Shown here piece by piece: positions 1 through 10,408 of a DNA stretch of 32,434 nucleotides. The DNA comes from a virus. Its lineage: Duplodnaviria > Caudoviricetes. Made by a program: the position numbers and the translations under genes. The notes under the pieces were generated by a model. It did not search any database. It was not told the origin of the DNA and saw only the letters and a program-made list of their open reading frames with translations. Position 1 is the stretch's first letter. Each line of letters starts with the position of its first letter. Location of the stretch: IMG/VR virus record IMGVR_UViG_3300024502_000032, positions 1 to 32,434 of that record. The stretch is one strand, 5' to 3'.

Positions 1-150
1 ATACTTAGAATTAACTTCTGTAGATATTTCTGAAAGTACAGCAATATCTTGACTTATCGTACTTATATCATTTTTAGATATTACAAATGCTTCTAATTTA
101 CTTTTAGCATTTTTAATCTCGGTACTATTTGTATATCTTTCTAATGACAT
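1..150 (-). CDS. 5' part of a hypothetical protein (MSLERYTNSTEIKNAKSKLEAF...), runs off the window; probably part of the structural operon
   Basis: ATG at 150-148, frame open to position 1, TATAAGTA motif variant just upstream, co-oriented with the structural genes. Confidence 0.7.
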   Translation of the reverse strand, partial: MSLERYTNSTEIKNAKSKLEAFVISKNDISTISQDIAVLSEISTEVNSKY

Positions 151-164
151 ATTATATATAAGTA

Positions 165-2153
165 TTATCTAAAGTTATCAATTCTTAATTCATTAGGTGG
201 TAGTACATCAGATGTATTTCCATTCTCACCTGAAGTAGTTCCTGTCTGTCCAATACCTGTTGATGGTGTTTCAGGAGTTGTAGGTATATCTTTATTATAA
301 GAACCACCACAAGAACAATTTTCAGATAACTGTGTAGATACTATATTACTTGAATATGGTTTTTTTATGTTAAAACATATAGGATTATTAATTTCTCTAC
401 CTATATTATTTGTTATTTTATTTCCATAACAATCTTCATAAATAAATCCTGAATCATCTGTTATATAACCATCATAGCATTCACAATCATCTATACTTGG
501 TTCTGAAGTTGGTATAGGTGTAGGGGTTGGTGTTGGTGTTATTGGTGGCGTAGTAGTAGGAGATGGTGAACATTGAGAACACGAAGAAAAACCTAATAAT
601 ACTTTGACATTTGATTCTTCAGATGAATTACCAGGTGCTACTGTATAACATATACCATTACTAGCTTTTATAACCTCTCCACCATTATATGTACCTGTAT
701 ATGGAATTCTTTTTCCTGATAAAATAGTTGTTCCACAAGCATATAAATTATATGATAGATTAGAATTTACAACTACAGTAGGAGTTGGAGCAGGTGGTGG
801 TGTTGTTGGATTTGCTATATCTGAATTAGAACAATTCAACTTTCCAACAACTATTTGTATACTTCCATTATATCTAGTAGGTTCTGACTCTAAAGGAGGA
901 GCTCCTGTATATGTATATAATAATCCACTTATTGGGTCTATATATCTTTGACCAACACCTAATGATGGTGCTATAGTAGTATATGCATATCCTGAATTAT
1001 CGCATCCTGCTAGTTCATAGTATTTTATAGTTGGGGGGGATATAATAACAGTTTCAGTTGGTGCTGGAGTAGGTGTTGGTGTAGGAGTTAGAGTTGGTCT
1101 TGCAGTAATAGGAGGTGTAGTAGTCGGTGGAGTTGTTGTAGGAGTTGGTGTAGGAGTTGAACAATCAGGACATTCCCCATCCTTACCATCTTTACCATCT
1201 TTTCCATCTTTACCATCTTTTCCTGAAGAACCTGCTGCTCCTGCTGGGCCTGCTGCTCCTGCTGCACCTGCTGCACCTGCTGCTCCTGCTGCACCTTGAA
1301 TAACATCAGGTAATTTAGGTATTTGAATTCTATCTAATGCACTTAAATCTATTTCTAATTCAGGAGTTTTACATCCTGTTTCAACTTCAAATCTTTCTAT
1401 CCATTCAGATGTTCTATCTACACAAGAATCAATTACTTCAAAAGAACTAAATTCGGATGGTTCAATAACAAAAACATTCTGTATATACTTACTTCTCTCA
1501 ACAAGCATTACTTGTAATGTTTTTCTATTGGGTATTGGACACACACAATTACCTTTAGTAACAAAATACACTTGTTGGTCACACACTGAACTTACGGATA
1601 CACCATCAGCTATCCTAAAAAATGTTCCTATAGGATATATAGTTTCAGGATTTCCAAAATCAGAATCTACAAAATATGAAAAATTTGAATCTATATAAGA
1701 ATTTAATTCACTATCTAATATAACTCTCTTCTCTGGGAGTATTCTATAATAGTTTGATATTAATTCTAATGAATTATCTTGTAATTTTTTATGATTAATA
1801 TTTATTATATTAGTTCCAAAATTATTTTTTTCTACGAATATTTTATCTATATAGTATAACTCTTCCTCTGTATACTTGTCTCCTGTATTATCATACTGTA
1901 ATAATAAGTTTGATGCATTATTTTGATTTGTATTATTTATATTTTTTCTATACTCTAAAGTATTATTATATAATTTTTCTTTATTATTAAATATATTTTT
2001 TAAGTATATATATTTTAAGTCAAAATCAAACATTGGAAGTATAGGCATAGGTCTATACCTTGTATCTATTTGTAAATCAGCTGAATTATTTTTTGGCTCA
2101 TCTACACCACAATCTAAACAATAATCTAATACTTCCAAGTTATTTTTATCCAT
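165..2153 (-). CDS. Putative virion structural/fibre protein with collagen-like Gly-X-Y repeats, Pro/Thr linkers and Cys-rich modules
   Basis: (GAA)n/(GKD)n triplets, TPTPTP tracts, repeated Cys-containing modules; located in baseplate cluster. Confidence 0.65.
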   Translation of the reverse strand: MDKNNLEVLDYCLDCGVDEPKNNSADLQIDTRYRPMPILPMFDFDLKYIYLKNIFNNKEKLYNNTLEYRKNINNTNQNNASNLLLQYDNTGDKYTEEELYYIDKIFVEKNNFGTNIININHKKLQDNSLELISNYYRILPEKRVILDSELNSYIDSNFSYFVDSDFGNPETIYPIGTFFRIADGVSVSSVCDQQVYFVTKGNCVCPIPNRKTLQVMLVERSKYIQNVFVIEPSEFSSFEVIDSCVDRTSEWIERFEVETGCKTPELEIDLSALDRIQIPKLPDVIQGAAGAAGAAGAAGAAGPAGAAGSSGKDGKDGKDGKDGKDGECPDCSTPTPTPTTTPPTTTPPITARPTLTPTPTPTPAPTETVIISPPTIKYYELAGCDNSGYAYTTIAPSLGVGQRYIDPISGLLYTYTGAPPLESEPTRYNGSIQIVVGKLNCSNSDIANPTTPPPAPTPTVVVNSNLSYNLYACGTTILSGKRIPYTGTYNGGEVIKASNGICYTVAPGNSSEESNVKVLLGFSSCSQCSPSPTTTPPITPTPTPTPIPTSEPSIDDCECYDGYITDDSGFIYEDCYGNKITNNIGREINNPICFNIKKPYSSNIVSTQLSENCSCGGSYNKDIPTTPETPSTGIGQTGTTSGENGNTSDVLPPNELRIDNFR
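1177..1297 (-). repeat. Coding tandem 9-bp repeats encoding collagen-like GAA and GKD triplets
   Basis: cctgctgca/cctgctgct and tttaccatc/ttttccatc units seen in the sequence. Confidence 0.9.
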
Positions 2154-2154
2154 C

Positions 2155-3282
2155 TTATCTAACTACTTTAAAATAGAATCCATCATCAATTATATGTTCT
2201 GTAAATCCACCATCTTTCAATACTTTAAATACTATTTTATAAAATCTTTCAGGAAGTAAACTCTCCATATTTATATTAAAATAATTTCCTTGAGAATCAA
2301 TACTTAGTTTAGTTGACCCAGTATCGAAAGGTATTATATAATCATCTGTAACACTATCTTGTATTGCATAGTAAGATGATGTTGGTAATCTCTTAAAATT
2401 TAAATAATTGTTTGTTGTTGTATAATCTAATGTTGGATATCTATCTCTGCTTACAATCCTAAATTTGTACTTAGAATTTGTTTTATAATTCTTTTTTATA
2501 TTACTAACCATAACTTCAAAATTATCTGAAACTTCACTTATACTTCCACTTTGAGAAATATTGCTGTCATCCCAAGTTATTTCTAATTTTGGTATGTATA
2601 TAGTATGGGTATCCGTACTAAAAAATCTTATAGTTCCTCTAAAGTCATTACTAAATTCATCTTCCGAAGTTCTTTTAATCATAAATCCATTATTCGGAAT
2701 ACTACCACTCAACCATCTATGAACTATATTAGTAACATTTATACGTATATCGGGAGTTTTAGCATAATTAAAATTTTTGGAAGCAAAGTATGATGAACCT
2801 GTATACCAAGTTCCTCCACCTACAGTATTTGAAAAAGAGCCTGTTGTACCCTGTGAAAATGTATTATTTATCCAAGTAAGACCATTTCCATCATAATAAC
2901 CATTTCTATAAGTCCAACTTGCACCTGTAGTAATTTCAGGATAATCATTATAATGACCTAATCCATTTTCCCAAGATTGTGATACGGCAAATATATGAAT
3001 ATCATAATTTATTGGTAAATCAGATGCGTCTGTTGCTTTTAGTGATAATTGATATTTAGCTCTTCTTGAAACTATGTTTGAAGATATTAAACTACTAAGA
3101 TGACTTATATCAAACTTTAGTAGTATTCTTGAATTATATGTACCATCGTAGTAAAATCCATTTTCATCAGGAACACTTTCGACATATTTTATCAATTCTA
3201 AGACTTGGTCAATACCTGCATTTCTACGAGGATTCTTTTCGTATAATGTTGTGTCTCTTGTTGCGTATATTGCGTGATACAT
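2155..3282 (-). CDS. Virion structural protein, probable DNRLRE-like beta-sandwich domain
   Basis: Motifs DTTLYE, SRILLKFD, W..G, NVTNIVHRW, NNGFMIK, PKLEITWDD; adjacent to the baseplate wedge gene. Confidence 0.55.
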   Translation of the reverse strand: MYHAIYATRDTTLYEKNPRRNAGIDQVLELIKYVESVPDENGFYYDGTYNSRILLKFDISHLSSLISSNIVSRRAKYQLSLKATDASDLPINYDIHIFAVSQSWENGLGHYNDYPEITTGASWTYRNGYYDGNGLTWINNTFSQGTTGSFSNTVGGGTWYTGSSYFASKNFNYAKTPDIRINVTNIVHRWLSGSIPNNGFMIKRTSEDEFSNDFRGTIRFFSTDTHTIYIPKLEITWDDSNISQSGSISEVSDNFEVMVSNIKKNYKTNSKYKFRIVSRDRYPTLDYTTTNNYLNFKRLPTSSYYAIQDSVTDDYIIPFDTGSTKLSIDSQGNYFNINMESLLPERFYKIVFKVLKDGGFTEHIIDDGFYFKVVR

Positions 3283-3284
3283 AT

Positions 3285-5174
3285 TTAATAATTTACTACC
3301 CTACCTCTAATATCTTTATTAGGATATTTTACTTCAAAAATGCTTTGGTCTATCGATGTATATATTATATTTCTTTTAGTTGCAGAATCTATATCATATA
3401 CATTTCCTGAATATCCTAAACTGACATCATATAAATTAATAATGCTTAAATTTGCAACAGATATTACTCCTTCAACTTGTGAAATTTCTTTCATTACACT
3501 ATTTTTGAATATAGGTTTGCCTATACCCATCTTTTCAATATCAAAATAATCTTTTAGACTTTTCATACATCTGAGTAATACTTCATTACTATTGTAAACT
3601 TCATCAACAATTATTTCAAAATCAACTCCTATATTAATTATGAAAGCATCACGTATACTAACGGAGTCTGTCATAATTCTATACTCTTTTAAATAATTCA
3701 ATAAATTAAATTTAACAGCATCATTTAGTACAGTTAAATTTTTGTTTTCGTCATATCCTAAACAATATAAGTTAATTCCAAAATAATTAACATTCTGAAA
3801 ATCTGTTGAATTATCTAAATACTGGTCATCTAATTCTACACATACTTTTGCTATAGCACCATACTTTACAGGCATAGAATAAACTCTAACAATATAATCA
3901 TCTTTTGTAACAGCTCTATTTTGTGATGCAAAGTTAGCTAATGCTTCTCTTCTAACGTCTTCCACACCTCTCCTAGATAGTCCACCACTAGCAGGTTTTG
4001 GATTATTGACAGCAACACTATCTAAAACAGTACTATAAATTTGGGAATCTAAATTAGATTGTGGCGTTGTTATGTTAGATTGTATTATACTAGATATGCT
4101 ATTAGCTCCAACATTATCTTCAACACCACCACCAACTGTATATCTAACAGTTAGTGTAGTGTTTGCTGGTGCTTTTCCATATGTTTTTGTATACAAAAAA
4201 TTCTTAGGGTCTATACTTAAATCAACTGCTCTTTCAAAATAGTCTAATCCAAAACCAACATTAAATGGATTTGGTATTATTTCTTCATCATATTCTGAAC
4301 TCACTCCTGAGCCAAATTGTATTTCAAACCTATTGGTTTCCCTCAATCTTGTTACAAATCTCCTTTCAGTTTGTTTGAACTGTATAAGATATGGAGCAGT
4401 AGACCTAAATTTTGCGAGATGTGAATCGTTATATGGTAAATTTGGAACTGATATTGGTATTAAATCTTGTGCTAAATATGGAGTTTCATACCATCTATTA
4501 TTATCTGAGTCATATATATCTACTATTTCTAATATATCTAATTGAGGTAAGACAATCTTATCATAAGGTTTAGGAGAGCTGAAATCATAATTTGCAGTTA
4601 AAATTTCTCCTGATACTGCTTTTACATTCTTTCTTAACAAGAAATATTCTACTTCACCTGTATTATCTAATGAGTAAACTGTGATTTCTGTAGGGTCAAA
4701 TGATGAACTGTATGAAAAATCTACACTATCTATAGTTCTGAAAGTTTTATTTGTTTCGGAACTTACTATCATATTTGAATCTATCTGCAAACAATATCTA
4801 AAGTCAGGTACAATAGATGTACCATTATTTACAGATGGAACTAACTGAAATACATCTAAATCTACAGATGCTGGTGTTCTAAACTTAGGTTTATACCCTA
4901 ATGAATGAGCTATGTTAAATAAGTTCTGATTTTCTTCTACAGTTAATAATAAAGATTCTCTTAGTTGTATATCAGTATAAAATGATAATATATCTCCTGT
5001 TGCTGCCGCTAATTCCATGAACATCATACCTGGCGATGATTCATTGAAATCATTATATGTATCAGGAAAATAGTTTTTAGTATAATCTATAAGTTGTTTC
5101 CTAATCTCAGAAAAATCTTTATTTAGATATTTTATATCTTTCCGTATATTATTATTAATTAATCTCGAACTCAT
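3285..5174 (-). CDS. Baseplate wedge subunit (T4 gp6 / Baseplate_J-like)
   Basis: KDFSEIRKQLIDY..FPDTYNDFNESSPGMMFMELAA..GDILSFYTD, IQFGSG, Y.VGGG..NVGAN, ASGG, QNRAVTKDDY motifs. Confidence 0.85.
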   Translation of the reverse strand: MSSRLINNNIRKDIKYLNKDFSEIRKQLIDYTKNYFPDTYNDFNESSPGMMFMELAAATGDILSFYTDIQLRESLLLTVEENQNLFNIAHSLGYKPKFRTPASVDLDVFQLVPSVNNGTSIVPDFRYCLQIDSNMIVSSETNKTFRTIDSVDFSYSSSFDPTEITVYSLDNTGEVEYFLLRKNVKAVSGEILTANYDFSSPKPYDKIVLPQLDILEIVDIYDSDNNRWYETPYLAQDLIPISVPNLPYNDSHLAKFRSTAPYLIQFKQTERRFVTRLRETNRFEIQFGSGVSSEYDEEIIPNPFNVGFGLDYFERAVDLSIDPKNFLYTKTYGKAPANTTLTVRYTVGGGVEDNVGANSISSIIQSNITTPQSNLDSQIYSTVLDSVAVNNPKPASGGLSRRGVEDVRREALANFASQNRAVTKDDYIVRVYSMPVKYGAIAKVCVELDDQYLDNSTDFQNVNYFGINLYCLGYDENKNLTVLNDAVKFNLLNYLKEYRIMTDSVSIRDAFIINIGVDFEIIVDEVYNSNEVLLRCMKSLKDYFDIEKMGIGKPIFKNSVMKEISQVEGVISVANLSIINLYDVSLGYSGNVYDIDSATKRNIIYTSIDQSIFEVKYPNKDIRGRVVNY

Positions 5175-5177
5175 ATA

Positions 5178-5693
5178 TTATTCTATTTCAAAGTTTACCA
5201 CACCAGAATCAATAAAAAGTGTTATTGTTCTGTTAGCACCAATATTTGTTACTCTAAAAGATATTTTGATTTGCACATTATGTTCAGAATAACTATCAGG
5301 AAATGCAATATCACTTTCAGAAACAACTTGTACAGAATCTAACAATATGTATGGAAGCCAATAATTAATATCAGTAATAACAGAAAGTCTTAAAGTTTCT
5401 CTACTATCATCTGAATTTTGTTCAAATAAAAATTCAGGTATTAATGACCCAAAATTAGGTTGCATTAATCTTTCACCTTTCCTAGTTAATAGTAAATTGA
5501 CTAAGTTAGTTATAGCCTGTTCTTCTGTAGAGTAAGATGACCTAAACGTTTTTACGTCACCTTTCCTATTTATCTCTTTTGGATATTTAATATCTACCAA
5601 TACAGCATCCCCATTAAAAGGTAGTAAAACTCCAACAGCTCTATCATTATAGAAGTTAGGTTCGTATGCTCTAAAAGATATTGGTATTGCCAT
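5178..5693 (-). CDS. Baseplate wedge / tail-sheath initiator (gp25-like, GPW_gp25)
   Basis: NLVNLLLTRKGERLMQPNFGS..FLFEQ and WLPYI motifs; upstream of gp6-like gene. Confidence 0.85.
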   Translation of the reverse strand: MAIPISFRAYEPNFYNDRAVGVLLPFNGDAVLVDIKYPKEINRKGDVKTFRSSYSTEEQAITNLVNLLLTRKGERLMQPNFGSLIPEFLFEQNSDDSRETLRLSVITDINYWLPYILLDSVQVVSESDIAFPDSYSEHNVQIKISFRVTNIGANRTITLFIDSGVVNFEIE

Positions 5694-5696
5694 TTA

Positions 5697-6083
5697 TTAT
5701 TTTTTATCCATTTTTTTAATTAATGCTGAATAATCTTTTGTTAAAGCTTTATACACTGCTTCCGTTTTCGGATTTGTTTCTAGTTTAGATAATACTCTAG
5801 AATCTAATATAGACTTTTCAGTTTCTACGTCTTCAGGATATTCCATATCTTCCGTAATCATTTCCATAATACCACTAAATTTTTTTCTAAAGTCTCTTTT
5901 CTCTATATCTAAATTAGATTCTTTAGGTTTTACTTGTGGTTTACTATAAGATACATTACTTGCAGTTCTAGATATACTTTTAGATTTAGATTCATTTAAC
6001 CTAGATTCTAACCTATCAAAGTAGTAATCTAACTCTTCTCTTATAATTTTTCTTAATTTTGATTCTATTGAATTTTTTTCCAT
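5697..6083 (-). CDS. Hypothetical phage protein
   Basis: 128-aa ORF in operon, preceded by TATTTATA motif; LRKIIREE/LNE and ALTKDYSAL segments. Confidence 0.7.
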   Translation of the reverse strand: MEKNSIESKLRKIIREELDYYFDRLESRLNESKSKSISRTASNVSYSKPQVKPKESNLDIEKRDFRKKFSGIMEMITEDMEYPEDVETEKSILDSRVLSKLETNPKTEAVYKALTKDYSALIKKMDKK

Positions 6084-6109
6084 ATAACAGTTTTATATAA
6101 ATAGATTAT

Positions 6110-7984
6110 TTAATTAAATTTAACTTCATTAGTTAGTTTTTTTATTGATATATTATATAATATATCATCTCCCGAACATTTTTTACTTAATATTATGTCA
6201 GATAAACATTTTATATCAGCTAATGTATCAGGAGTCAGTAATGATTCATTATTAACTAAATAATTATTACCTATTACTTTATCTAATACGTACCAACCTT
6301 TACAAGAATCGTCATTACCTATGAGTAACAACAAAGTATATACAACTTTAGAGCTAATTCCTGTAGTAGATGTGAATTTAGTTGCTGTTAATTCATATAA
6401 ATATCCATTACAAGTATCTTTGGAATCTATTAATTTAACATTTAAATCTTTACTATTTAAATTGTCTTGTGAATTTTCGTTAGATTCTTGCGATTTTTGC
6501 TTTGTTGTTATACCATCTCCATCGCATTTTATCTGCTTTCCGTTAGTATCAACAATTATTCCACATCCTGATAAAGGCAATCCACAATCTACATCTATAA
6601 AACTAGGTAAATCTTTTTCAGGGTCATAATTTAATTCTATATTTTTAGAATTTACATCATTTAATAATTTTATAGAATCTTTTCTTGTTTGTATATCATA
6701 CGAATCTTGCCCTGAAACAAATCCATCTAACGGTATTGATGGTATATTTGGATTAGCATTTGATTTAGGATTTCCCCCACCTGAGCCTAATAGTCTCCTT
6801 GATATAGCATATGGAATTATATTATTGATTCCAAAATCATGACTATCCAATCTAGGTTCTGGAGGTGCTATAAACATATTTGGAGGCAATAGTTCAAACC
6901 TTAAAGATAGTAAGTGTGTTCTCAAAACTTCAAGTAAATTAGTTGCAGGGCCTGTAGGGCCAAAAGGAGTAGCAAATACAGCTATTGCTGAAGTTAAATC
7001 CTTTAACTCTTTTGCCAATTCTTGAACTCTATTGACTAATTCATCGAAATCTACATCATGCTCATCAGTAGTTATATAAAACTTTCTTGCTTCTAATATA
7101 ACTTTATCTTTTGCTATTAAAAATATATTATCTTTTTTTGCATTCAATACAATTCTAGACGTATCTATTAGTATCTGAGGTTTATCAAAATTAGGTATTC
7201 CTTTTGTTTCAAATCTTCTTGCCCTACCTAATCTAACTTTAGTATATTTTTGAGATATTCCACCAAAAATTCCAGTAAAGTTATTAGATAAGTTTTCTAC
7301 TCTGTATTTTTGACTTTTTGTATTTTTGCTCTGACTTAAATTACCATCTATTTCAACAATATCTTCATTTACAGGTCTTTTCTTGGGTGGGTCAGATGGT
7401 TCTAAAGTCATAGAGAATGTTGGGTCTCCTATCTTAGTATCCTTATGATGTTGTGGTTTCTTGTAGTACTGAGAATCATTAGATGTACCAATTCCTAATC
7501 TTATTGACGAACCTCCTCTATTCTGAATTATTAAATCTCCTTCATATGGCTGTAATGGTGCTAACGGTCTACAGGGGAATGGAAATGTCTTACCAGGTGG
7601 AAATGGGTTATCACGCATCAATGTATCACTACCATTCTTATTTGAAGTTCTCTGCGTTAGTGTATGTAATTGGTTTATTACTGAATCATCTGTTGAATTT
7701 AATGGGTATGGTAAATAATAGTATGTTATATTTTTAGACTTAGGAGCTACCTCATCCTTTGATGGTGCTCTTAGTAGTACTACTAACTCACCATTAAGGG
7801 GAGTGAATATATAGTTTAAAGTAATAGGTCTTGCATAAACATCTTTTAAATTTTCAACATCTGTATTAGGTATTAATCTAACTTTAATACTTCCTAAAGG
7901 CATTATATCACCTTCAGAATTTTTTGGATTATCATTATAAGTTAACTTACCTGTCTGAATTACTTCACCTAGTACTATTGACAT
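6110..7984 (-). CDS. Putative baseplate hub/spike (gp5-like) protein
   Basis: N-terminal GSIKVR..P..GELV OB-like segment, PYEGDLIIQNRGGSSIRLG, QILIDTSRIVLNAK beta-helix-like region, GPTGP; position next to gp25-like gene. Confidence 0.55.
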   Translation of the reverse strand: MSIVLGEVIQTGKLTYNDNPKNSEGDIMPLGSIKVRLIPNTDVENLKDVYARPITLNYIFTPLNGELVVLLRAPSKDEVAPKSKNITYYYLPYPLNSTDDSVINQLHTLTQRTSNKNGSDTLMRDNPFPPGKTFPFPCRPLAPLQPYEGDLIIQNRGGSSIRLGIGTSNDSQYYKKPQHHKDTKIGDPTFSMTLEPSDPPKKRPVNEDIVEIDGNLSQSKNTKSQKYRVENLSNNFTGIFGGISQKYTKVRLGRARRFETKGIPNFDKPQILIDTSRIVLNAKKDNIFLIAKDKVILEARKFYITTDEHDVDFDELVNRVQELAKELKDLTSAIAVFATPFGPTGPATNLLEVLRTHLLSLRFELLPPNMFIAPPEPRLDSHDFGINNIIPYAISRRLLGSGGGNPKSNANPNIPSIPLDGFVSGQDSYDIQTRKDSIKLLNDVNSKNIELNYDPEKDLPSFIDVDCGLPLSGCGIIVDTNGKQIKCDGDGITTKQKSQESNENSQDNLNSKDLNVKLIDSKDTCNGYLYELTATKFTSTTGISSKVVYTLLLLIGNDDSCKGWYVLDKVIGNNYLVNNESLLTPDTLADIKCLSDIILSKKCSGDDILYNISIKKLTNEVKFN

Positions 7985-7990
7985 CTATGC

Positions 7991-8341
7991 TTATTTTAGT
8001 AAATTATTAGGATGGTAATCTACCAGTAATTGTTTTTTCTCTTCTTCCGACAAAATATACATTTCTGTTGTACTTGAAGATTTTTGAGAAGTTGCTATAG
8101 ACCTTTGCACTATTCCAGCCATTTTAACCAAATGGTCATCATTTTTTATTGATAAATCTAAATAATCTCTTAATATTGGGCCAATGGTTGAAGCATCTTC
8201 GGCACTATTTATCATACCTTCTATATTCTCAACCAATCTTGATATCATTTGGTCTTTCTCCTTTGTAGTTATATAAATGTCTTTCATTAAATCAGAAAAA
8301 GACATTTTATCAAATACTATAGAATCATCATAATTAGCCAT
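7991..8341 (-). CDS. Hypothetical helical phage protein
   Basis: 116-aa ORF with upstream TATTTATA motif. Confidence 0.7.
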   Translation of the reverse strand: MANYDDSIVFDKMSFSDLMKDIYITTKEKDQMISRLVENIEGMINSAEDASTIGPILRDYLDLSIKNDDHLVKMAGIVQRSIATSQKSSSTTEMYILSEEEKKQLLVDYHPNNLLK

Positions 8342-8369
8342 ATCTTTTATCTATAAATACTGTATAATA

Positions 8370-9047
8370 TTATTTTTTAAAATATTCATTCATAGAATTT
8401 AAAAAATACTTTTTCATTATGTTTATAACTTTTGTTATTTTTTGGGTTTTTATACCTGTTCTTTCTCTAATAATAAAATATATTGCTTTTTTATTGAATA
8501 CATCTATAATACTCCTCATCTTAAATAACTCTAATATAGAGTCTGCAATAGCTATTTCATCACTATTTTTGAATATGCTATATAATCTAACATTCATATC
8601 ATCTACCCACTTATCTACAAATAGATGTAGGTCTTCTCTATAATCATTTTGATATACTTCATAAACTACATCTCTCTCCTCATCGACCTCTTCCAAGTCA
8701 ACCATTTGCTTTCTTTTGCTATAGTTTTTAGTATTTAAAGCAATGAGATAGTTTCTTCCTGCAACTGTATAATAGGAATATGCCTTACCTGCTGATTGTG
8801 AATAATTTGGTAATTTTTCAGTTAGAAATGAGACAACATCATGTTTTAAATCCTCAAATTCTAAATTTATGTAAGGACACTTATAAGTATTTATTAAATT
8901 TTCAGCTAACTTATCTAATGATGGATATATATCTTTAGTGTATATATGATGTTTCTCTTTTACACTATTTGATAGATTATATTTTATTATAGCACTATCA
9001 ACATCTAAAGTAAAGTATTCTTTATTCGGATTCTTCTTCTTCGGCAT
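8370..9047 (-). CDS. Phage sigma-factor-like protein (gp55/sigma70 region 2-like), candidate late transcription factor
   Basis: YFT..V..AI..YN, EDLKHDVVSFL.EKL..Y...GKAYSYYT....NYLI resembles sigma region 2; C-terminal HTH-like segment (IRERTGIKTQKITKV). Confidence 0.6.
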   Translation of the reverse strand: MPKKKNPNKEYFTLDVDSAIIKYNLSNSVKEKHHIYTKDIYPSLDKLAENLINTYKCPYINLEFEDLKHDVVSFLTEKLPNYSQSAGKAYSYYTVAGRNYLIALNTKNYSKRKQMVDLEEVDEERDVVYEVYQNDYREDLHLFVDKWVDDMNVRLYSIFKNSDEIAIADSILELFKMRSIIDVFNKKAIYFIIRERTGIKTQKITKVINIMKKYFLNSMNEYFKK

Positions 9048-9351
9048 CGGATTCTATATTTTTCAAAAAATCGTTAACAATTTTGAAAGAATCCTCAATA
9101 ATGCTTTTTAAAGTATCAAAAACAAAACCAACTTCATCATCAGACTCAAAAGAACCTCTCCTATCTATTTCTTTTATATGAGAATAATCAATGTGAAGTC
9201 TTGTGTTTAAATTACTGATAAATGTTAATAACTTTTCGTTATCATTTTCTAGTTCATCTAAATTATTCTCCAAATATGTTATTTTTTTGGAGTTTATATA
9301 AACTAAATATAATAAAATTATATTTGATATTGATAAAAATGCTATAATCAT
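9022..9351 (-). CDS. Small protein with N-terminal transmembrane anchor and coiled coil
   Basis: Hydrophobic N-terminus, heptad-rich middle, GSFESDDEVG motif. Confidence 0.65.
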   Translation of the reverse strand: MIIAFLSISNIILLYLVYINSKKITYLENNLDELENDNEKLLTFISNLNTRLHIDYSHIKEIDRRGSFESDDEVGFVFDTLKSIIEDSFKIVNDFLKNIESDAEEEESE

Positions 9352-9356
9352 AACTA

Positions 9357-10082
9357 TTATTTTTTAGAATTTTCAAACATTTTCTTAAAATCATCTAAAG
9401 CACTATTGGATTCTTTATTTATATTATCATTTTGTACATTTTTTCTATTTTTCCAAATTGAATACTCATACTTAGAAGCCATTAAATCAGCCATATGTAT
9501 GATATGCTGTAAGTTTGTTCTCAATGATGAACTTTCACTTCTAGATATAAAGTAAGGTTTATTACCTTCCTCATACAAACCATCATGTATTTTGATTGCT
9601 AGATACTCTTCCCAAGAAACTACAACATTGAATTTCTGTAATGTATATAGACTTAAATCAGGTACTAGTGTAAATGGGATATTATCATTTGTTTTGTAAA
9701 TTTTTCCCATATTTTTTCTATGCCACTCACTATCATTTGGAAGATATTTCTCTCTCCCTTCTCCAACAAATCCTAATTTACCTAAGTCATGATTCATAGC
9801 TACAAAAACTAAATTTGATTTAGTAAATCCTGATAAATCTTGATTTGTCTGTTTATAAAATTCATATAATTTCAAAGAGAAATCAATGACTCTTAGAACG
9901 TGGTCAATATAACCTCCTGTGAATGCATTATGATAGTATTCTACAGAACTTGCTGGTGCTAATACTAATCTATTACCAAAAGAATCATACATTGCCTTTA
10001 GAGGTTCAGCTCTATCGCTCAAGTATGTATCAATGTAATTTAGAAATTCTGAATACTGTGATTCAAGTTTTTTTACTTCCAT
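9357..10082 (-). CDS. HD-domain phosphohydrolase (YhaM/Cbf1-like)
   Basis: APAS..YHNAF.GG..DH, HDLGK, IHDG and IHMAD motifs. Confidence 0.8.
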   Translation of the reverse strand: MEVKKLESQYSEFLNYIDTYLSDRAEPLKAMYDSFGNRLVLAPASSVEYYHNAFTGGYIDHVLRVIDFSLKLYEFYKQTNQDLSGFTKSNLVFVAMNHDLGKLGFVGEGREKYLPNDSEWHRKNMGKIYKTNDNIPFTLVPDLSLYTLQKFNVVVSWEEYLAIKIHDGLYEEGNKPYFISRSESSSLRTNLQHIIHMADLMASKYEYSIWKNRKNVQNDNINKESNSALDDFKKMFENSKK

Positions 10083-10094
10083 AACTTTTGTTTT

Positions 10095-10370
10095 TTATTG
10101 TTTTGTCTGTTTATACCAAGCTTTAATCTCATCATCAGTCATATCTGCAAACTCCTCAGGAGTTAATAACGCATATTTCTGATTATTGTTTTCTACACTA
10201 TCAGATATTTTTGATTCAAATACAGGTTCTACAACTAATTCTTCAACATTTTCCTTAGTCAAAACTTTATTTCCATTGTCTACTATTTTGAAAATTGGTT
10301 TTGGTTTTGTAACAACAGATACTTTATAATTTGTAATATTAGAACTATCATCGGTAAAGTCATCTTGCAC
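10095..10370 (-). CDS. Hypothetical protein
   Basis: 91-aa ORF (GTG start) co-oriented with neighbours. Confidence 0.55.
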   Translation of the reverse strand: MQDDFTDDSSNITNYKVSVVTKPKPIFKIVDNGNKVLTKENVEELVVEPVFESKISDSVENNNQKYALLTPEEFADMTDDEIKAWYKQTKQ

Positions 10371-10408
10371 AATATAATTATTTGGTTTATTATTCGCTTT
10401 TGACTTTA